From: Deinococcaceae bacterium
GTDB lineage: Bacteria; Deinococcota; Deinococci; Deinococcales; Trueperaceae
Direction: 5' to 3'
Assembly (NCBI GenBank): GCA_040256005.1
Contig: JBDZWC010000082.1
Span: 1-13,939 of the forward strand
Length of the DNA stretch: 13,939 nt
Both the position numbers and the translations under genes were made by a program. Under the pieces are notes generated by a model. It was not told the DNA's origin, did no database searches, and was given only the letters and a program-made list of their open reading frames with translations. Numbering within the stretch: the first letter of the stretch is position 1; each line of letters starts with the position of its first letter. Of this stretch, positions 7,847 to 13,939 are shown piece after piece.

Positions 7847-8494
7847 GTGGCCAAACTCCGCTTCAACATCAGCGTGTCGTTGGATGGCTACGTAGCCGGT
7901 CCGGATCAGACGCTCGAGGAGCCTCTCGGGCGCGGCGGCGAGGACCTGCACGAGTGGGTGGTCAAGCTCAGGACGTGGCGCGAGGCGCACGGCATGGAAG
8001 GCGGCTCCGACGGGCGTGACAACGAAGCCATGCGCGACATGCTGCACAACGTCGGTGCCACGATCATGGGCCGCGGCATGTTCGGTGGCGGCTCGGGTCC
8101 ATGGAACATGGACGAGCCCTGGCGCGGCTGGTGGGGCACGTCACCGCCCTTCAAGCACTCGGTCTTCGTCATCACCCACCATCCGCGGGAGAAACTGACC
8201 TTCGACAACGGGACGTCGTTCACCTTCGTCACCGACGGCATCCGCTCCGCCTACGAGCAGGCCATGGACGCCGCCGGTGGGAAGGACGTCATGATCGGCG
8301 GTGGTGCGGACGTCGCAGACCAGTACTTAGCCGCGGGGCTCGTTGACGAGATGGACCTGCACGTGGTGCCCATCCTGCTTGGCGGCGGGTCGCGCCTCTT
8401 CGCGGGATCCGGTACCGACCTTCACGGGCTCGAACTGGTGCGCACCACGCCCGGAGACGGTGTGGTGCACCTCAAGTTCGCTCGCCGAGCATAG
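7847..8494 (+). CDS. Dihydrofolate reductase-like / RibD C-terminal domain protein
   Basis: 'ISVSLDGYVAGP', 'GATIMGRGMF', 'VFVITHHPRE', 'AGGKDV.IGGGA....QYL.AGLVDE..LHVVPILLGGG.RLF'. SD GGAGG at 7836-7840 favours GTG 7847 (GTG 7844 is an alternative). Confidence 0.93.
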   Translation: MAKLRFNISVSLDGYVAGPDQTLEEPLGRGGEDLHEWVVKLRTWREAHGMEGGSDGRDNEAMRDMLHNVGATIMGRGMFGGGSGPWNMDEPWRGWWGTSPPFKHSVFVITHHPREKLTFDNGTSFTFVTDGIRSAYEQAMDAAGGKDVMIGGGADVADQYLAAGLVDEMDLHVVPILLGGGSRLFAGSGTDLHGLELVRTTPGDGVVHLKFARRA

Positions 8495-8568
8495 GCTACA
8501 CACAGACGGCGCCGTAGCCGCCGACCTCGCGCTGAGCGTCACGCGTATGCGCTGGGCTAGCATCCGCC

Positions 8569-9612
8569 GTGCCACACTCGCGGCACATGACGAAGAAGAT
8601 CGGGTTCCTCTCTTTCGGGCACTGGACGCCGTCGCCGCACTCTCACACGCGCTCGGCGTCCGACGCGCTGTTGCAGTCCATCTACCTCGCCGTGGCCGCC
8701 GAAGAGCTGGGAGCCGATGGCGCATACTTCAGGGTTCACCACTTCGCGCGCCAACTCGGCTCTCCGTTCCCGTTGCTCGCGGCCATCGGAGCGAGGACCA
8801 GCCGCATCGAGATAGGCACGGCGGTCATCGACATGCGCTACGAGAACCCCTTCTACATGGCCGAGGACGCCGGCGCTGCCGATCTGATCGCGGGCGGCCG
8901 GCTGCAGCTGGGCATAAGCCGAGGGTCGCCCGAGCAGGTGATAGATGGCTGGAGCTACTTCGGGTACTCGCCTCGCGAGGGAGAGACCGACGCCGACATG
9001 GCCAGGCGCCACGCGCAGACGTTCCTCGACGTGATCAAGGGCGAGGTCTTCGCGCGGCCGAACCCGCGGCCGATGTTCCCGAACCCACCCGGGCTGCTCA
9101 GGCTCGAGCCGCACTCGCCCGGTCTGCGCGACCGCATCTGGTGGGGTGCATCCTCGAACGCGACGGCGGCCTGGGCCGGTGGCCTGGGGATGCACCTGCA
9201 GTCATCGACCCTGAAGGTGGACGAGTCGGGCCAGCCCCTACACCTGCAGCAATCCGAGCAGATCCGGGTGTTCCGAGACGCCTGGCACGCTGCCGGTCAC
9301 CCTGGAGAGCCGAGGGTCTCGGTGAGCCGCAGCATCTTCCCGCTCGTCAGCGACATAGATCGCTCGTACTTCGGCAGCGGCCAGCAGGAGTCGGACCAGA
9401 TCGGGTTCATAGACGAGAAGACGCGGGCCGTGTTCGGGCGCAGCTACGCGGCCGAGCCCGACGTGCTTATCGAGCAACTGGCCCAGGACACGGCCATCGC
9501 GGAGGCGGACACCCTTCTGCTCACCGTGCCGAACCAGCTCGGGGTGGACTACTGCGCTCATGCCATCGAAGCGGTGCTCACGCATGTCGCGCCCGCGTTG
9601 GGTTGGAGGTAG
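8569..9612 (+). CDS. LLM-class (luciferase-like) flavin-dependent oxidoreductase
   Basis: '[11 protein letters not shown]', '[18 protein letters not shown]', '[15 protein letters not shown]', '[14 protein letters not shown]', '[14 protein letters not shown]'. Start is GTG 8569 (5 nt after TAGCAT) or ATG 8587. Confidence 0.95.
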   Translation: MPHSRHMTKKIGFLSFGHWTPSPHSHTRSASDALLQSIYLAVAAEELGADGAYFRVHHFARQLGSPFPLLAAIGARTSRIEIGTAVIDMRYENPFYMAEDAGAADLIAGGRLQLGISRGSPEQVIDGWSYFGYSPREGETDADMARRHAQTFLDVIKGEVFARPNPRPMFPNPPGLLRLEPHSPGLRDRIWWGASSNATAAWAGGLGMHLQSSTLKVDESGQPLHLQQSEQIRVFRDAWHAAGHPGEPRVSVSRSIFPLVSDIDRSYFGSGQQESDQIGFIDEKTRAVFGRSYAAEPDVLIEQLAQDTAIAEADTLLLTVPNQLGVDYCAHAIEAVLTHVAPALGWR

Positions 9613-9619
9613 GTCGAGC

Positions 9620-10009
9620 GTGGTCAAGTCGGGTTTGGTCAACCTCTACACGGAGGACATCGAGGCCGGGGTCCGCTTCTACCGGGATCTCCTGGGTATG
9701 CAGGAGACGTTCCGGACACCGCGCGCGGGTGTGTCCGAGCACGTGGAGATGTCCGCCGGAGGATTCGTCGTCGGCCTCGGCACGGTCGAAGCCGCCAAGC
9801 GTGTCCATGGGGTGGACGCCATGCCGGGGTCTCCGGCGATGGCGATCGTGCTCTGGACTGACGATGTGGACGCGACCTTCGCCCGGCTGGTCGAGGCGGG
9901 CGTCCCGGTGGTGAACGGCCCGCATGACGTCGGCAACTCCAACCGCACGGCTCAGGTCAGGGACCCCGACGGGAACCTCGTGGAGATCGTTTCGAAGATC
10001 GGCCGGTGA
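9620..10009 (+). CDS. VOC (glyoxalase/bleomycin-resistance) family protein
   Basis: 'VNLYTEDIEA..RFYRDLLG', 'LWTDDVDATFARL..AGV', 'VRDPDGNLVEI'. GTG 9620 lies 7 nt after the LLM stop, with GGAGG at 9605-9609. Confidence 0.92.
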   Translation: MVKSGLVNLYTEDIEAGVRFYRDLLGMQETFRTPRAGVSEHVEMSAGGFVVGLGTVEAAKRVHGVDAMPGSPAMAIVLWTDDVDATFARLVEAGVPVVNGPHDVGNSNRTAQVRDPDGNLVEIVSKIGR

Positions 10010-10742
10010 GCGCCCCGATCAGGGCACCGCGGACGTCGTTGGGTAGCGGGGAGCGGGCGGCCGGGTTCAGCCACCAGGCCGCAGAGAACTCTTCGGCCTC
10101 CGCTTCCAGGTCCGGGGCGCGTCGGACGACGATGGCGCTCACGCCCGCCAGGCGCCTGAAATAGTCGCCGCGGGTCCTGAAACCCTGCCTCGAAAGTGAC
10201 TCGCTGGAGGCGGTCTCGACGCCTTGACGAACGGTCCTCAGCAGATCGACGAGCTCCTCCACTGCCGGTGGCGCGCCCTCGAGTCCGATGAGCAGGACGT
10301 TCGGGCGGTCGATGACGACCTGACCCAGTTTGATGCCTAGGACGGCGGCGAAGCGCTGTGAGTCGAGCGCCTGGGGGCGTTCCTGCGGCGAAGCGCCGGC
10401 CGAGCCCCTCAGCCTCGTGCTCTCCAGCATGAGCTCGAGCTTCGTGGTGTACGTCACCGCGAAGTCGGGCCCGCGGGCCGACGCGGGCGGGACGGGTTCG
10501 TAGAACACGCGGAGCCGCTTGTCGCCCACCAGCCGGTACGCGGTGTCGAGCTCAAGAAGCAGGTCGCGTGCGGACTCCTGATCCTGCACGCCGCGGACCT
10601 TCTTGCGAATCTTGGGTAGGTGGTCCTCAACGAAATGGGAGAAGCGGCGCGATCCGAGCCAAGCTTCGAGTCGCACGCCCAGAGCGCTTTGTCGCCCGCC
10701 GAGGATCTCGGCGAGGAGATGTTCGCGGTTGGCCGTTCTCAT
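9957..10742 (-). CDS. Hypothetical protein with a PD-(D/E)XK restriction-endonuclease-like motif
   Basis: 261-aa ORF with ATG start, SD-like GGTGAG and upstream TAGACT. Motif order 'LLELDTAY.L...V.YEP.....RGPDFAV......MLESTRLR'. The CDS is well supported; the nuclease fold is inference. Confidence 0.75.
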   Translation of the reverse strand: MRTANREHLLAEILGGRQSALGVRLEAWLGSRRFSHFVEDHLPKIRKKVRGVQDQESARDLLLELDTAYRLVGDKRLRVFYEPVPPASARGPDFAVTYTTKLELMLESTRLRGSAGASPQERPQALDSQRFAAVLGIKLGQVVIDRPNVLLIGLEGAPPAVEELVDLLRTVRQGVETASSESLSRQGFRTRGDYFRRLAGVSAIVVRRAPDLEAEAEEFSAAWWLNPAARSPLPNDVRGALIGALTGRSSKRSPRGSRRGP

Positions 10743-10842
10743 GGTCTCACCGAGCGAGGAGTCTAGCGGGTCGCTGTGACCTTGCGACCGATCGCCTCAA
10801 GCGCAAGCCCGGCAGGCGCGAGCGGGAGGGGCGGGGGGAAGA

Positions 10843-12237
<1,395 letters not shown>

Positions 12238-12325
12238 CTACACCGCCTATCCGAGCCGGCCCAGTAGTCGCTGCCTCACGGCCCGCCTCGTGGTGCGCTA
12301 CTGTTGACCCCTCGGAGGACGGGTC

Positions 12326-13540
12326 TTGTCGTCGAGCCGACCGGGGTTGGTTCGCTTGGTGTTCGTTCTCGCCATCCAGTTCGCGGGGATGGCGGTTGCC
12401 CAACTGCCGGGTGTTCCCCGTGTACAGAGCGGCATGCGCGTCACGTTCTACTCCTCGAGCGCGAGCGTGAGGGGCACCAACCAGCAGGCGGTCCTGAACC
12501 CGAACTGCAACCCTGCCGTCGAGGACTGCTGGACCGATCCCAATACCGGCCAGAAGATCGGGCTCCAGGACGTGCCCACCGCGTCCGGCCAGGGCTACAA
12601 CGTCGTGGACATCGTCTACCTGGACGCGCAGACCTGCGTCATGCGCCTGACCCTGTACCTCCTGGACCCCGCTGACGGCCGCGTCACCACGGCCGGCACC
12701 GCTGCCGAGGTCACGAACGGCGGTTCGTGCTCCGACTACTGGATCGACCCGGTGCGCCTGCAACAGATGCAGGAGCAGAGCACGCCGACGCTGCGTGTCC
12801 TCCGGGGCCCGTACACGGTAGGTGACCTGACGGTCCAGGCGTTGGTGATCGCCAGCCGGACCGCTTCCGGTCACAACAACAGCGCCTATGACGCGGCTAG
12901 CGGCCTGCTCGTCGTGGGCAGTAGCCGGGCTCAGGGGGCCGGCGTTCCGACCATCACTCCAGGCAACATGCTCACCACCGGCGCGGGCAACACGATGCTC
13001 ACCTACACCCAGATACTGGGTGCTCGCGTGCTGGCGGGGGTAGGGGCGCTCGAGCCGTTGCCGCCCCACGTGTTGAACGCGAATCGCCTCGTCTACGACT
13101 GCACGAACACGAGCATCGTCGCCGGGGTGGGGGCCATGGAGACGCCGTGCCGCCTGGAGACTACCTTGGGTCAGCGCACGGAGTTCTGGGCCCTGACGAT
13201 GGCTCGCTTCCACACGCCTGACCCGATCACCGGGGGAACCAACGTGTCAGAGGCCAGCAACGTCATCGTCGGCGGTGGCCACGGCAGCTTCTACGCCTCG
13301 CCGACGGTGTTGGCGGGGCTGCGGGCGGGAGCCGCGCTCGATGTAGACCCAGTGACCGGCATCCGGACGACCGTCACCTACGTCGACGACGCTGTTGTCG
13401 CCATCGTCGAGGAGAGCAACGCCGAGCGCCGGACCTTCGCGTACGACAAGCGCAGCGGGTGGCTGATCCAGTACGTGATCGAGCAGAACCTGGTGACGGG
13501 GGCCACGGTGGCCCGCTACGACCTGGTCACGGTCGAGTGA
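12326..13540 (+). CDS. Secreted hypothetical protein, beta-rich, with apparent two-fold internal repeat
   Basis: TTG start 7 nt after SD GGAGG (12314-12318), -10-like TACTGT (12299-12304), signal-peptide-like N-terminus (R..LVRLVFVLAIQFAGMAVA|QLP), Thr/Val/Gly/Asn-rich body, six Cys, strong GC3 codon bias. Confidence 0.85.
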   Translation: MSSSRPGLVRLVFVLAIQFAGMAVAQLPGVPRVQSGMRVTFYSSSASVRGTNQQAVLNPNCNPAVEDCWTDPNTGQKIGLQDVPTASGQGYNVVDIVYLDAQTCVMRLTLYLLDPADGRVTTAGTAAEVTNGGSCSDYWIDPVRLQQMQEQSTPTLRVLRGPYTVGDLTVQALVIASRTASGHNNSAYDAASGLLVVGSSRAQGAGVPTITPGNMLTTGAGNTMLTYTQILGARVLAGVGALEPLPPHVLNANRLVYDCTNTSIVAGVGAMETPCRLETTLGQRTEFWALTMARFHTPDPITGGTNVSEASNVIVGGGHGSFYASPTVLAGLRAGAALDVDPVTGIRTTVTYVDDAVVAIVEESNAERRTFAYDKRSGWLIQYVIEQNLVTGATVARYDLVTVE

Positions 13541-13591
13541 CGTGCCTGTTCTCTAGTGCCTGCGTCGCGGCCGGTCAGCTCGTCGGCGCGG

Positions 13592-13939
13592 TCAGGCGGC
13601 GCGCGTGAACACGAGGTAGCGCCAGAGCCAGCCCCCGCCGGTCGCGACCGGCGCCAGACCCGCGCGCTCACCGGCCGCGACCAACCGCTCCTCCGGCCAT
13701 GCGAAGGCCCGGTACTTCCGACCTAGAACCTTGTAGGCGAAGCGCTGTACGGCCGCGAACGCCCGGGTCAGGACCGTGGAACGAGGGAAGCTCATCAAGA
13801 GGGCCTTCCGGGCGAGCCGCGCGGCCACCGCCGCCAGTTCCGGACCGTCTGCCGAACAGCAGACGACGCGGTTCATGACCACGACATCGGCCGGTTCCAC
13901 CGCTTCCGGGTCGGAGAGCAGGTCGTGAACGCGGAAGGT
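13592..13939 (-). CDS. 5'-truncated class I SAM-dependent methyltransferase (BchM-like family)
   Basis: The frame is open to the window end: TFRVHDLLSDPEAVEPADVVVMNRVVCCSADGPEL...LLMSFPR. 'ADVVV.NRVVCC' and 'SFPR' match the post-motif-II region of this subfamily. Motif I is outside the window. Confidence 0.78.
   Translation of the reverse strand, partial: TFRVHDLLSDPEAVEPADVVVMNRVVCCSADGPELAAVAARLARKALLMSFPRSTVLTRAFAAVQRFAYKVLGRKYRAFAWPEERLVAAGERAGLAPVATGGGWLWRYLVFTRAA

Noticed and set aside
8493..8520. GGCTAC...GTAGCC hairpin after the RibD-C gene (and GGTCGC...GCGACC near 10769-10788)
   Set aside because: 6-bp stems with large loops and no U-tract; not distinguishable from chance at this GC content.
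8343..9914. 523-aa + strand ORF spanning the RibD-C, LLM and VOC genes
   Set aside because: Off-frame Arg/Ala/Pro-rich translation overlapping three well-supported genes.
12306..12325. GACCC...GGGTC hairpin enclosing the SD of the secreted protein
   Set aside because: Only 5 bp, and the 5' arm probably lies upstream of the TSS implied by TACTGT.
13542..13562. GTGCCTG direct repeat between the last two convergent genes
   Set aside because: Two 7-mers with no associated element; likely chance.

Overview
GC-rich, densely coding bacterial chromosomal segment with 16 supportable CDSs, two truncated by the window ends. I found no rRNA, tRNA, CRISPR array, transposase or integrase. Gene order: partial AfsR-type NTPase-TPR protein (+), thpR (-), LysE exporter (+), TspO-like membrane protein (+), AAA+/STAND-like ATPase with C-terminal winged helix (+), CMD/AhpD protein (+), AlkD-like protein (-), hypothetical (-), histidine phosphatase (+), RibD-C/DHFR-like (+), LLM oxidoreductase (+), VOC protein (+), PD-(D/E)XK-like hypothetical (-), gdhA (-), secreted hypothetical (+), partial SAM methyltransferase (-). 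Many genes have a -10-like hexamer 5-8 nt before the start codon and no SD, which suggests leaderless transcription and a Deinococcota (possibly Trueperaceae) origin; this is inference. The most striking unexplained signal is three palindromes (consensus TTCACC-N4-GGTGAA) at exact 15-bp spacing (4033-4078) directly upstream of the ATPase-wHTH gene, a candidate autoregulated ATPase/operator module. Also notable are a secreted protein with an apparent two-fold internal repeat, an orphan restriction-endonuclease-like protein, and a hypothetical gene coupled to the AlkD-like gene.
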